Shown here piece by piece: positions 26,067 through 39,821 of a stretch of 64,000 bases of DNA. Both the position numbers and the translations under genes were made by a program. Origin of the DNA: Octopus sinensis (lineage: Eukaryota). The stretch spans positions 4,216,001 through 4,280,000 of the forward strand of contig NC_043009.1 of the NCBI RefSeq assembly GCF_006345805.1, in the 5' to 3' direction. A model generated the notes under the pieces. That model was not told the DNA's origin, made no database searches, and saw nothing but the letters and a program-made list of their open reading frames with translations. Each line of letters begins with the position of its first letter. The first letter of the stretch is position 1.

Positions 26067-27082
26067 CTTACATATATATATATATATATATATATCTAAT
26101 ACTTACATATAATATATACAATATACTTACATATATATATATATATATACATACAATATATACACATACATATATATAATATATATACATATATATGTAT
26201 ATATATACTCTTTTTTTTACTCTTTAAAAAAAAAAAAAATATATGGAATATATATATATGTATGTATATATATGTTTGTATATATGTATGTGTATATATG
26301 TATATATATGGAAGTGAGAATAAATACAGACTCTTTTGATTCATATTTCCCTTATTCTGTTTATTTTATTTTATTTTATTTTAATTTTTTCTTACATTTT
26401 GGTTCGTATTTTTTGTTACACAAGCACACCGACAGACAAACACACACATATATATACATATATGTATATATGTATATGTATATTATACATATATATATAT
26501 ATTTACCTACGTGTGTGTACGTAAGTTTATGTATACGTGTGCACATATATATATATATATATATAATCTATATATATATATATGTATGGTATATATATAT
26601 ATATATATATACGTATATATGTGTGTGTGTACTTGTGTGTAGTAATGTGTGTTCATAATATATAATATATATATATATCTTGTTTTATATATATATATAA
26701 TATATATATATATTATATCTATATATATATATGAACATACACACTCGCACAAGTACATACACGTATGTGGTATGTATGTATGTATGTATGTTTGAGTGTG
26801 TGCATTTATCTCCACAATATTGCTTTGTTTTCATAGTATAAAATAGATCACTTATTCACAATAAATGTATTGTTTGAAAATTTATTCCAATACATTACAT
26901 ATACGCACACATACACTCACTTACACACAAGTGCTCAGGTATACACATGCATAAATATACATATATATACATATACATATACACATAAGCAGACTCCTCA
27001 CCAACAGTCTAAAAGAAACACACTTGCATACAAAGAATACAAATATATCACAAATATGAACGCAAACACACACACCACTCAC

Positions 27083-27141
<59 letters not shown>

Positions 27142-27366
27142 GATATGTATTAAATATATATATATACATACATACAAATATACATGTGTGTTTAAATATT
27201 ATACATAATGTAAATATATATACATATATGCAAATATATACATATATGCAATATATATACATATATGCACATATATTTACTTGTTGCACTGTCTTTACGA
27301 TTGGTTGTCCCTAGACGTAAATACATCACTTCGTATATATACATACACTCGCAAAGCACATTATTC

Positions 27367-27419
<53 letters not shown>

Positions 27420-28228
27420 CATATTTCCTGAAGGGATGCAAACTGTGTTGAATACGATAAAACAGTGATATGTTTCTGATATGTTTTAGGGGGAAATTTT
27501 TTTTTTTAGAAAGGAAGAAAAATAAGAAAAAGAAAATACAGCGATGATGTTTAAAGGGAAACAAAGATAAACGCTATGAATAGATATATAGAATAAAGAT
27601 ACATTTAGGGATGGCTGTGTAGAGAAGAGCTCTGTGATAATCGATGACAATAACATACTGGTTGACTGCGCTAGTGATTGCTTTTGTGAATGTGTGTGGT
27701 GATGTATATGGTTTTTGTCTTTTTTTGTTTTATATATATATTTGTGTATGTGCGTATTTGTTAGTATGTGTTGAATATGCCGGTGCTTCTATGTGCGTAT
27801 GTTTGGTTTAGCACGTGTTGAAGGCGACGAGTGAGAATCAAAACAGTAACAGATAAAGACAGAAAAATAAACCGGAACCTTGAAGAGAGAGCTGCCGTCT
27901 GTGTCACACTCACGCAATCATATGAAGACACATGCACACATTTAGGCAGATATAGTCATATTACAATCCAGCAGGGCATACATACATACAAGCAGCCATC
28001 CACCCATCCACCCATCCACCCATCCATCCATCCATCGATTCATACATACATACATATATACATATATACATATATGCCTACGTATATTTGACTGTAACAT
28101 AGCTTGCAACAGTAAAACAACCGAATAAGGATAGGTAAATGCATACACACATGCACATATATATACACACATACATATACATACATTTACATATATATAT
28201 ATATATGCAATGTCCTTGTATATGTATG

Positions 28229-28260
<32 letters not shown>

Positions 28261-28354
28261 CTACTAATAATAATATAAATAATATATAATTATATGCATA
28301 TATACATACATATATGTATATACCTACATATATATATGTATATATACATGCATA

Positions 28355-28517
28355 TATGGGTACAGGACATGAGAAAAACGTAGAACACAATGAGAAACGA
28401 AAACATAACAAAAACATGGAAACGATTTTTTTTTCAAACACCAAAAATCTGAGTACAAGATATACAACACAAAGAATATTCCCCTTCTTCAGTTGTCCCT
28501 GTTTTGTCTACTCCATA
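28355..28517. mobile_element. (TA)n-associated repeat (family G), partial copy
   Basis: gggtacag...aacgtagaacacaatgagaaacgaaaacataa...cccttcttcagttgtccctgttt..tctactc is shared with 40785-41075. Confidence 0.7.
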
Positions 28518-29334
28518 TAGTAAAGTGCCGCGTGTGAATGAATATGTGTTTGCATATGGCTGGAATGGTAGATTTATCATAGTATCCTTACAAATATTTG
28601 TTTTCATTTTTAAATATTTGAATTCTTCCTCTAAAGGGACCAGTTACTTTCTATCAAAGAATCAAAGCTGCTTCATTGCAATTTTCGTTAACAACCTCTA
28701 CAAGTGTTATCTATAAGCTTTGCATATTTTCATTCGCCTGCAGGTTTTTGTTAGCTGCATGCCTTTTTCCAAATTGTCGCTTAGATATTTGCTAAAATAA
28801 CACAGTAGCACATTAATTGTAGGTATAAATGTGAATTTATAACCAGGCTTGTGATGATGTAGATTTTGATTCTATTAACAATAAATATCATTTTTGCACT
28901 GATTTTAAAAGAATGAACACGTTGGCAGCGTCACTTGTTTGCACGGACGTTTTGGTTCACTTTGGTTCACTTGTATTGATATCTATGTATATATCCACCA
29001 ACATTAGGATTCTTAATGAATTCAAGGTTACTCTTTCATATGGATGGCATTATATATTGTTTCAGCAATGACATCATGCCAAAAAAGTAGCAAGTCGTAC
29101 CTTGACTATTGGGATCCACGACATAAACTCCACGATAATGCAATTATGGTGGAGTTTAATGATCTCACTGTTTCTTTTATTCAATATGCTCTACTTTGCT
29201 ATTTCTTGCATTTCGATTGCAAAGACATAATCTTCAGAATGTGATGTAATCGAACTGACATGAGTCTAAGAGATGCTTATATTTTTGTTATAGTCAGCAT
29301 TATCCTCAGGTTTATGATAGACACTCTCGTACAC

Positions 29335-29466
29335 TACTTTTTACTCTTTCACTCTTCTACATGTTTCAGTCATTTGACTTCGGCCATGCTGGAGCACCGC
29401 CTTCTAGTCGAAGAAATCGGCCGCAGGACTTATTCGCTGTAAGCCTAGTACTTATTTTATCGGTTC
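29335..29466 (-). mobile_element. SINE family A, 3' fragment
   Basis: tgtttcagtcatttgacttcggccatgctggagcaccgcc...gcctagtacttatt matches the start of 12685 and 54157. Confidence 0.85.
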
Positions 29467-30907
29467 TTCTCTGAAAACTCTATATTTACTCATAGCCCCT
29501 ATGTATGCATGCATGTATGGATGGATGTATGTATGTATGTATGTATGGATGGATGGATGCATGCATGCATGCCTTTAAGCCTAGATGGATATGTTATGTG
29601 TATATGCGTGTATTTGTTCATGTTGTATACATGCGCATTTTTGTGCATCTGTATGAGTGTGTGGATAAATAGAGGTAGCTAGGAAGGTAGATAGGTAGTT
29701 ATATACACATACGTATGTGCTTGAGTGCTTGTGTCTGCATATATATGTATGTGTATATGTGTATGTGACTGGGTGTTTGTAAGTATATGGGGTGTATACG
29801 CCAGATATTGAAAGGTTGTCGAGTATGGGACGACAAGGTGAGAAAGGCAATGAAACGTAACTAGATTTAAGAGAAGTCAGACATAGATACGGACACACAG
29901 ACAGACAGGAGGGGGAAAGAGTTTGAATGAGAATGTGGGATACGAAAAGCAACAGAGTAAGAAAGAGTGAGCAAGAAAGAAAACGAGAAAAAAAGAATGA
30001 AGAAGAAAAGAATAAAAGAAGGAAGAAGATAAGACTCAGTAGCGAGAACGAAAGAAAAAGTAAGAGAAACGCAAGAAAGAAAGAAAGAAAGGAAGGAAGC
30101 AAGAAAGAAAGAAAAAAAGAAAGAAAGAAAGAAAGAACAGCAACACAGGAGACGGTGGTGGTGGTGGTGGTGGTGGGAGAGATATAGAGAAAAGAAAAGA
30201 GAAAAACAGATGTGTGTGTGAGATATGAGAGCAACAGAAAGGAGGAAGGAAAGAGAGGAAGAGGCGGTTACGTAGTAATGCTCTCCATCAACAGTGACTG
30301 ATCCGTAAACACTTCACGGTTGAATGGCTGACTCATGCTCGATAGATAATCCGATAGGTGGTGCTAGTGTATGGGTGGTGGTGGTGGTTGTGGGTTCGAT
30401 TGGAACGTGAAGATGTGTGTGGGGGGGATGTGAAGGATGTGTATATGCGTGTGTAGGTGGGTGGTGGGGAGGAGTGGTGGAGAGGGGGCGGGTGCGTTTA
30501 GGGACGGCGGCGTGTTGATAGGGTGTGAGTAGGGTATTGGGACGTTGTCTAAGGATATCGATTGTCTGCTTACAGATCTGTATTGATCACTTATTTGGTC
30601 GATGGCTGGCGATGATACTCTAACGATAATGGTGGTTATTATGATGATGATGATGATCATCATCATCATCATCATCATCATCATAATGATGGTGGTGGTG
30701 GTGATAATGATGAATATGGATGACGTTAGTAATGACAATGAAGATAATAATGATATTGTGTATGCGCATGTGCGTGCATGGGTGTATCCGTACGTGCGTG
30801 TGCTTTCTTCGTTATTAAAATACAATAGTAACATCAATATAAGTAAACTCATTGACTTTACCGACAACGACATCACCACCAGCAACAACAACAAAAAAAT
30901 CATTGAA

Positions 30908-30936
<29 letters not shown>

Positions 30937-30938
<2 letters not shown>

Positions 30939-31492
30939 GCCCAGATGCAGTACTAGGCAGTGGCTCTCGTGGCTTCTTATCTTAACTGATTCGAAGTGTT
31001 ATAATGTACATTGTTTTGTCTTGGTATAAAAGATGGGCTACAGCAAATATTCTGCTCAATACCACAGATTTGCTTGTCAGTTGTTTGACTTTAACCAGTT
31101 GAGCATGTCCCTTGGTGGCTGAGAATATGTGCATCTCTGATCACGAGCAGAAGTAGTGGGGGAGCATCATAGCCATTTGTTGAGAGGGATTCTTTGGGGT
31201 TTGAATGATTCACCTTTCGAAACATGGGTGTTTCGTTCAACATCCTTAAACAACCCTTATTCAGAGACCTTTTTAAGCGGGATGGGTTACTCAACCAGAA
31301 GAAAATTCTAACTGGGCCCCACCTACAAGGTCATACGCTGTTTATCTTGATATGAGATCACCATGTTGCACACATATAGTATGGTGCATGTGCCTAGTTT
31401 ACCCTTATCAGACGAGTTGTCATGATGGGTATACTGGGCTTTGTATATTTTACCCCAGTGTCATTTTGATGGCATGCACTGCTCTCTCACTC
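30937..31492. mobile_element. ~555-bp element E inserted in an (AAT)n tract
   Basis: Pure (AAT)n on both sides. A second diverged copy lies at 32033-32711. No TIR, tRNA head or ORF recognised. Confidence 0.8.
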
Positions 31493-31594
31493 AATAATAA
31501 TAATAATAATAACTAGTAGTAAAACAATAGTTATTACTATCATTGTTATTACTGCTACTAATAATCATTGCTATTATCATTAGTATTATATTAT

Positions 31595-32010
31595 AGCGAT
31601 GAGGTGGCAGAATGGTTAGCGCTCCGGGTGAAACACTTAGCGGCATCTCGTCCGTCTTTACGTTCTGAGTACAGATTCCACAATGGTTGAATTTGCCTTT
31701 CATACTTTTGGGGTCGGGAAAATAAGTATCATTTGAGTACTGGGGTCAATGTAATCAACTTACTCCCATCCTCGATCTTGTTGGTTGTGTACCAAAATTT
31801 GTCGTTAGTATTGTTCTTTCTAATAGTGATACAAGGCCTGATATATAGGGAGAAAAGGACTCGTTGATACCTTCTAACCCAGAACTTGACTGATGTCATC
31901 CCGAAAGGATGAAAGGTTAATTGATCTCAGCGGGATTTGAACTTAGAATTTGAAGATCCAAACTTACACCGTAAAACATTTTGTCTGAATCTATAACGAT
32001 TCTGCCAATA
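31595..32010. mobile_element. Two diverged SINE family B copies tail-to-tail (+ 31595-31810; - 31815-32010)
   Basis: gaggtggcagaatggttagc...tttgcctttcatac on plus; ccgaaaggatgaaagg...ggatttgaacttagaa...gattctgcca on minus. Confidence 0.75.
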
Positions 32011-32032
32011 CACTGATCAATAAGGAAGATCA

Positions 32033-32711
32033 AGTGGCTCTTATGGCTTCTGATCTTAACTGATTGGAAGTGTTATCATGTATGTACATGTTCTGTCTTT
32101 GTGTAAATATGGGCTACAGCAAATATTCTACACAGGATCACAGATTTGCTTGTCCGTTGTTTGACCTTAACCAGTTAAGCTTGTCCTTAGTGGCTGACAA
32201 TCTCTGATCATGTGCAGTAGTGGGGGAACATCATATCCATGTTTTAAGAGGAATTTTTCTGGGTTTGAATGATTCATCCCAGCAAATATGGGTGTTTTAT
32301 TCATCATCCTTAAGCAACACTTAGTCAGGGACTATTCGAGTGGGATAGGCCACTCGACCTAAAGATACTTTTTACTGGGCCCCACCTGCCAGGTCATGCG
32401 CTCTTTGTCTTAATATGAGGGCCCCACCTGCCAGGTCATGCGCTCTTTGTCTTAATATGAGGGCCCCACCTGCCAGGTCATGCGCTCTTTGTCTTAATAT
32501 GAGGGCCCCACCTGCCAGGTCATGCGCTCTTTGTCTTAATATGAGGGCCCCACCCGCCAGGTCATGCGCTCTTTGTCTTATTATGAGGTTACCGTGTTTC
32601 GGTCCAGTTGTGATGCATGTACTCTTATTAGACGGCTTGTCATGATGGATATCTTGGTTTTTTGTATATTTCTACCCCTGCGTCACTTTCATGTGTGTGC
32701 TGCTTTCCCAC
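32033..32711. mobile_element. Element E, second diverged copy with internal minisatellite
   Basis: agtggctcttatggcttctgatcttaactgattggaagtgttatc...tgggctacagcaaatattct... aligns to 30959 onward; followed by aaaaaaaataataat. Confidence 0.85.
32377..32586. repeat. Minisatellite, 5 x 42 bp
   Basis: Unit gggccccacctgccaggtcatgcgctctttgtcttaatatga at 32377, 32419, 32461, 32503 and 32545; the last copy has 2 substitutions. Confidence 0.97.
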
Positions 32712-33732
32712 AAAAAAAATAATAATATTGGTGTCAAATTCTGCCACAAGTCCAGCAATTTTGGGGAAGGGCTATTGGATTACATCGCCCTCAGTGCTTC
32801 ATTGGTACTTATTTTATCAGCCCTGAGTGAATGAAAGGCAAAGTCGATCCATCACTGCTTTTCACTACACCTAAACCAGGCATTTTATAGTTTCTGCTTT
32901 GAAGGGCCATCGAAATGTACAGTTCAATTTACCTTTGTGAGCGTCCAGGATCTCTCAAAGGCATGGATATTTACCCTGCCACATTCAAAATATCAAAAAC
33001 TCCCTCCCTCTACTTCTCCCATTCTACTTAGAAAAGCTTAGTGAGTCGACATATACAGGCTCATTAGTCTTTGTTCTGTCACTCCCCTTTCGTGAGACAA
33101 GGAAAGGCAGCACCACATTCTCTAACCGCATCTCTATCTGAATGTAGTATTAAAGATGTTGATGAAAGATTCGCCAGAGAAAGAATCTTTCATCAACCTC
33201 ATCAGAGTACATTAAGCATCGTCTTTTGTCAGAGATACCTGCAAAATAGCTATTATTTAATGCCTACCTCTTGGTTTCTGGCTTGAGAACATTTACCGCC
33301 CAACTCTGGCTTTCATCCTTATTTGGGGGCCGATAAACTAAATTACCAGTGAACTAACTACCCACATCAAAGTACTATTTGATTATGCTAGTTTTATCTT
33401 CGAGTTTATAGTCTTCTGTCTGCGTGAAAATGCAGAAATATTGTTAGTATGTTAGTTAAAAATTATAATTAAAAAGTAAAGACTTGAGCAATTTCAGCAG
33501 CTCTACCTTAAATTACAAACGTAACCAGACCATCTCCAACTATATATTTTGGTCTTACTTCCATCACCACCACCACCACTACCACCACTACTGGTACTGT
33601 TCTCGAAGGCAAAACTGAATCAGAAGCAACAACCATATTGAAATTTATACATATGTGTGTGTTTGTGTGTGAGAAAATATTCTTGTTTGAACATGTTTTG
33701 CAGTGGAAACAAGAGTATAAATACTCAGACAC

Positions 33733-33841
<109 letters not shown>

Positions 33842-34460
33842 CGTGGTTTGGCGTGGGTGAGTGAGTGTAATGAAAAGAAACAGGAAGAAAGAAACTGAGA
33901 TGAGGCATAAAATGTTTTCTGAATAAAAAATCCATAAATACGTTTGGCATAAGATTAGAAACGTTGGAAAGAACAAACGGAACAACATTTATTTCTTCTG
34001 TTTGTCATTTTTCTTTTTTTTTTCAAGAATATCTTTGGACAACAAACCTTCGGCAAAATTCCTTCTCCCACAATATACGGAATGACAAGACTTTGAAATT
34101 TTAAGCATAAGTTACATACTTATCGATACGTATCGATATTTCAACGTAAGCACAGTCATTGGCAGATTTTGAAGGAATCGATAACATTCGATCCGATAGC
34201 AGGAAATTACTTGATCGTGGTGTCGCCATCGCCAGGAGGATCGAACCAAGAACCAAATGATCACAGATTAATGCTTCTTAACTTACACTGCCACATGCCT
34301 GCGGCGAACTGACGAGTGAATATTGGAAGGAAATGTTCGTGGCTTTGAGGCATAAAGTTAATAAACAATTGAATCGTGAAAAATATTGGAATCACTCCAA
34401 CACAACGCAAAACTACACTTCACTACACCGAACCTCGCTACAGTGCATGTTCCTGACTAA

Positions 34461-34500
34461 TGCTGCTGCTGCTGCTGCTGCTACTACTACTACTACTACT

Positions 34501-34535
<35 letters not shown>

Positions 34536-34710
34536 ACTACTACTACTACTACTACTATAATACCTACTACTACTAGTAGTAGTAGTAGTGCTACTACTAC
34601 TACTACCACTACTACTATACCTACTACTACTACTACTACTACCACTACTACTAAACCTACTACTACCACACCTACTACTACTTCTACTACTACTACTAAC
34701 AACAACAATA
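34461..34710. repeat. Compound (CTG)n/(CTA)n trinucleotide tract grading into ACC/ACT-rich low-complexity sequence to ~35850
   Basis: Directly visible. Confidence 0.92.
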
Positions 34711-35813
34711 ATATTACCATCACTACTTCTAACAGGTCCGTCGCAATTACTATTAATATTACTGCTACTTCTATTACCACCACCGCTAATATTAGTACCA
34801 CTACTAATATAAACACCAATAACATCATACTACTTCTACTGATAACACTACCCCCATCACCACTACAGATACCATAACCATCACTATACTACTACTGCAA
34901 CTACCACCACTACGACCACTTTTATTATCCCTAGTGCACGACTGAATGTTACCACCGTTATCCCGAGTTAATGGTACTTCAAACTGCTCGCTCGATCTGA
35001 TAGAAATAGATGTTTAATGTCAAATAAATCACACATTAGCACCAAATTAAAGGAAGAGCTTATTGATATAACGTAATAACCTTAAATACACTGTCTGTGA
35101 AATAAGAGACGATGGTCAGTGTCTCTGATCGCAGAGGAATTCCTGAGACAGGAGGTCCATGGGGGTCAACAACAGTCACTATCGCCCTCTACAATTATGC
35201 ACTATACTTTGAGACGAGACGCCGCCATTAAAATTGCTACCAACATCATAAGCATTACCACCTCCACAACCGCCAACACTAGAACCACTACCACCCTCGC
35301 CGGCAATACCACCAACACTAGCAAGAAACCAGCAGCATGGTCACGACATTGCAGCAGTAAAAACATTCTCAAAACACCATCCTCACCACCGCCACTACCA
35401 TCACCACCACCACCACCGTCCACGCCACTCTCAATGACATAATACCACAACTGCCACCATCTTTGCCGCCGTAACCATCACTATTAACGTCCTACTCCTT
35501 CACATATCTGTCGTGTTAAACCTGCGTATCCGCATCGCATAAACCCCCCAACATGACCCCGGAGTCACCAGCAGCATTTCAACCACATCACCAGTAGTAC
35601 TAACTAACACCGCCATCGTTGCTGTCACAACCAGCACTAACACAACCACAGACCAATACTACCACCATCACTGCTACAACTACACCATACCAAATCATTC
35701 CATACTACAACCAAGTAGCAAAATCTATCGACGGGGTTCCACGCACGTCATATCGCGAAACAGTCGCAACTACTACCACCACCACCCCCAGAAAAAGTAC
35801 AATACAAACGACG

Positions 35814-35855
<42 letters not shown>

Positions 35856-36033
35856 GCTTGTGCCACCCATTTACCACTTTCTTCGGGGCATACCTCTGTC
35901 CATATTAATTCCCAAATCATAATTTCTTTGAGCTGTTTTCTGTAACATCTTAATCTAAAAGCAAAGCGGGATTTAGATCTCATATTACACACTCCCTCCC
36001 CCGCCTCACCACTACTTCTCTCCCTCTGTCTGC

Positions 36034-36066
<33 letters not shown>

Positions 36067-37412
36067 TCTCCTTCTCTCATACAGAGAGAAAGCCAGATGA
36101 AACCATTGGTAATGTCTCTCTCAGTCAAATCTCAAATCTCACTCTCTGTGTAGCAGTTACTCAATTCAACCAGCTTTTGTAAACCACTTCCTTATTCTGT
36201 GTCTTACTATCGTAAATACTCTGTGCCAAATATTGTATCTAGCTATGAATCCTATCTATCTATCTGTCTGTCTGTTTGTCCATCTATTTATCTCGCTTAT
36301 TTTACTCTATCACTAGTATTATATATATATATACATATACCTACACACAAACACACACTTCTAATTCGCTTTGTCCATTCAATTATATCTTTTCCTCTTG
36401 TGACACTTTCAATATTTATCTCAATCTGTTGATATATCCATATTTCTTGTTACCTTCAATTTCAGTTTCTTTCTTACCTTTTCAGCGTATGCAATGTGCA
36501 AGTGTGTGTCTATGCATTTATCAGTATTTGTGCATGTGTGCGTTGCTATATGTGCATAAGTATGTAACTCTTTGTTCATAAACATGTGTATATCTGTATA
36601 TATTGTACAGTACGTAAATCAGAACTGCAAACTTATAACAATAATATATATTACAGCCGGGTTTAGCTATGTAAATGCACTCATTAAAAGTGTATTTTCA
36701 TCGATTAAAGACACACACATACGCATTAACGTTCTGAGTTTGTGCTAGCCCACGGGGCCTCAGCCGAGCTTGAGAGCCAACGAATGACCTTTTGTATAAC
36801 TCCTCCGATGTGCAAGTTTCGTAGCCTAAGTGAACACAAACCACACACCACTGTGTGAAAAAAAGATAGATATCGTTTTGAAAAGTCCATTCCTTGAAGG
36901 ATTTATACCAAAGGTCACCTTGATCGGTGTCTGGGCTGGTCTGGAGTTGAATAGGAATGGCGCTAAACATGAGAATCTGAAAAACTTTTCTACTGTGGCT
37001 GTTGTTCATTAATTGTTCGTTTTGCTCGGTTAGTATTCATCAAAAGAGGATGTAACGCCTCTTTTAAGGTGTCATAGAAAATTCGGGGTGCGGTTTCCTC
37101 AAATGATAGTACGAAAAGCATTGTACCTATATCGCACTTAAGTGTTATATTATGTTTAGGAGGGCGTTGATGATTATAGAGGATCGGAGAGGAAATGATT
37201 GAGCAAATATGGATGAGAACTACTGGTCTAGGTAAAACATACCCCACCACACACACGCACGTGTGTGTGTGTGTGTGTGGATCTTCGTCGGTTGTACGAC
37301 GAGAATTCAGTTGTTCGATCAACTAAATTACTTGCATATTAAATTAGTTTGTAAGAGCATTCCGCAGGCAAGTCGTTATTAGTTTATGTGGTTATTACTA
37401 ATGCAATTTCCT

Positions 37413-38010
37413 AAGGCGGCGAGCTAGCGGAATCGTAAGCACACCAGGCGGTATATAATCCGTCTAAGGGCGGCGAGCTGGTAGAAACGTTAGCACGCCG
37501 GGCGAAATGCGTAGCCGTATTTCGTCTGCCGTTACGTTCTGATTTCAAATTCCGCGGAGGTCGACTTTGCCTTTCATCCTTTCGGGGTCGATAAATTAAG
37601 TACCAGTTACGCACTTGGGTCGATGTAATCGTCTTAATCCTTTTGTCTGTCCTTGTTTGTCCCCTCTGTGTTTAGCCCCTTGTGGGTAGTAAAGAAATAG
37701 GTATTTCATCCGTCTTTAAGTTCTGAGTTGAAATTTCACCGAGTTTGAGTTTGTTTTCTTCCTTTCGGGATCGATAAAAGAAGTACCAGTTGTGTAGTGG
37801 GGTCGATGCAGTCGATCTACGGCTCCCCCGAAATTGTTGGTGTCGTACCAAAGTTTGAAAATATTATCTCTTAAAAGATGCTTGATAGCATTTCTTGCGT
37901 TATTAACTTCTGAGTTCATATCCCGCCGATGTCGACTTTACCTTTCATCATTTCGCGGCCGACAAAGTAAGAATCACTTGAGCACCGCGGTCAATGTAAT
38001 CGAATAAACC
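37413..38010 (+). mobile_element. Cluster of SINE family B copies (truncated head, well-conserved long copy from ~37466, further diverged copy)
   Basis: ggcggcgagctggtagaaacgttagcacgccgggcgaaatgc...gaggtcgactttgcctttcatcctttcggggtcgataaattaagtaccag, nearly identical to the copy at 22347. Confidence 0.9.
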
Positions 38011-38370
38011 CCTGCCGTTGGTGCAAGGACAACGAAGTTCAAACCAGTAACTCTCCTAATCTCAGGGAATGTCCTAAGGGGATCTATTTTTTAAGAGCTG
38101 TTTTAATTGGGCCCTCACTGCCCCGACCACTCATTTCACAGCATTTTAAACTAAATACATGGCATTGGCGACCAAATCGGAGCAGTGACAATGAATTTCA
38201 TACCATAAATTTCCAGGGAGTTACGTAAGAAGGTTCAATTTCTGAACGGCTGCTTAAATAGTGCCCCACTGACCCCCCTATTATCGCTCCCACACTTATT
38301 GTTTAAACTATGATCAGCATCAGTAGCTAGCACATTTGTAGAACTAAGTTTCATTACACAAGAGTAGAAT

Positions 38371-38467
38371 GCCGCGAAGCAACCCTATAGTAGGGCCGAA
38401 GGCCACAATCGTGCCCTCAGCAGGAGCTTGCACCAATGCCGACCGAAGGACGGCTTCAAAGCTAGTT
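38371..38467 (+). mobile_element. Helitron/Helentron-like 3' terminus
   Basis: GAA-loop hairpins gcgaagc, ggccgaaggcc and gccgaccgaaggacggc, followed 7 nt later by CTAG-tt. Confidence 0.5.
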
Positions 38468-38804
38468 AATGTAATTCCCTCCGTCTCTTTATATTCTGAG
38501 TTCAAATCTCGCCTAGGCCGACTTTGCCTTCCCGCCATTTGAGCCCCGGGTACTATGTACTCGATTGACTATTCAATGTCCCCACCTCAAAAAAATTGAG
38601 CCAAAATTTGCAGCCATTATTAAGGCAACTCTCTCGCAGATTCCGCAAGACAGTAGGGATCCGACTTCGTAACCATCCGGCCACATTGCACCTACACACA
38701 TACATACACAGAAAAACACCGCGTATACAAAGATGCAGTATGGTCGATTAATGAAGAGTTTGTGTGTGTGTGTTAGTAGAGTGCAAATTTATAATCCTTC
38801 CTGC

Positions 38805-38907
38805 AAGAATGTTGTTGACAGTGACTCTGAAGTTCCGGCCAGCTAAACCATCGTCCAACGATAGGTTGGCTGGTTGAAACATCGAAGTCACTGTCAACAA
38901 TATTCTT
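38805..38907. repeat. 103-bp imperfect palindrome (50-bp arms, 3-nt loop)
   Basis: aagaatgttgttgacagtgact...catcgt-cca-acgata...agtcactgtcaacaatattctt. Confidence 0.9.
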
Positions 38908-38924
38908 ATACTAGAATAATATAT

Positions 38925-39325
38925 ATTCTTTTACAAGTTTCAGTCATTTGACTACGACCATGCTGGAGCACCGCCTTAATGGGTTTTAGTCGAAGAAATC
39001 TATCCCAGGATTTTTTTCTGTGAGCCTGGTACTTAATTTATCAGTATTTTTTTTTATTTTACTTATACGTTGGGTATATAAGTACACCAACATCGGCTGT
39101 CAAGTGATGTGGGGAGTCAAACACAGATACAAGGGCAAGCATATAAATATATATATACGTATATATATATGTACGACGAGCTTCTTTTAGTTTCCGTCTA
39201 CCAAATTCACTTACAAGGCCTTGGTCGACCCGTGACTATAGTATAAGGCACTTGCCCAAGGCGCCGCGCAGTGGGACTGAAACCGGAACGATGGTGTTAA
39301 GAAGCAAACTTCTTACCTCACAGCC
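38925..39325 (-). mobile_element. SINE family A, diverged near-full-length copy
   Basis: Aligns to 12685-13111 (gtttcagtcatttgact...gtttccgtctaccaaat...cacttgcccaagg...cagcc). Confidence 0.88.
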
Positions 39326-39441
39326 TGAATAGAGTACAGTAAACTATGTGTGTGTGTATATATATATGTGTGTGTGTATGTAAATATATATATAATATAT
39401 ATATATATGTAAGTATGTATGTATGTATGTATGTATGCATG

Positions 39442-39501
<60 letters not shown>

Positions 39502-39770
39502 AAACCCTGCTGTCATGTAGGTGGCGTTTCAATGGAAAAGTCCTCGCTGATATAAAACCTGCCGTTGAAATTAGTTTCCGGTCATCTTAACTCGTGCTTG
39601 TAATTGGATAGTTAACTATGGTTACTTAGAGTGTGTCATACGTGTCGTACAAGCCTATATCACTCTAATCCAGGGATATACAGACACCTCATTATGACAC
39701 GGCAATCATCTGACATGATGAAACAATTATCATGCATGCGTGTATGTATATGTGTGTGTGTTTGCATGTG

Positions 39771-39821
<51 letters not shown>

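Noticed and set aside
29581-30234. 217-aa minus-strand ORF and overlapping K/E/R-rich plus-strand ORF
   Set aside because: Both arise from a purine-rich (GAAA)n low-complexity tract.
32377-32645. 42-bp array as a CRISPR array or as a repeat-protein gene (MRAPPARSCALCLN)n
   Set aside because: There are no unique spacers or cas genes and the context is eukaryotic. The ORF exists only because the unit length is a multiple of 3 inside a TE.
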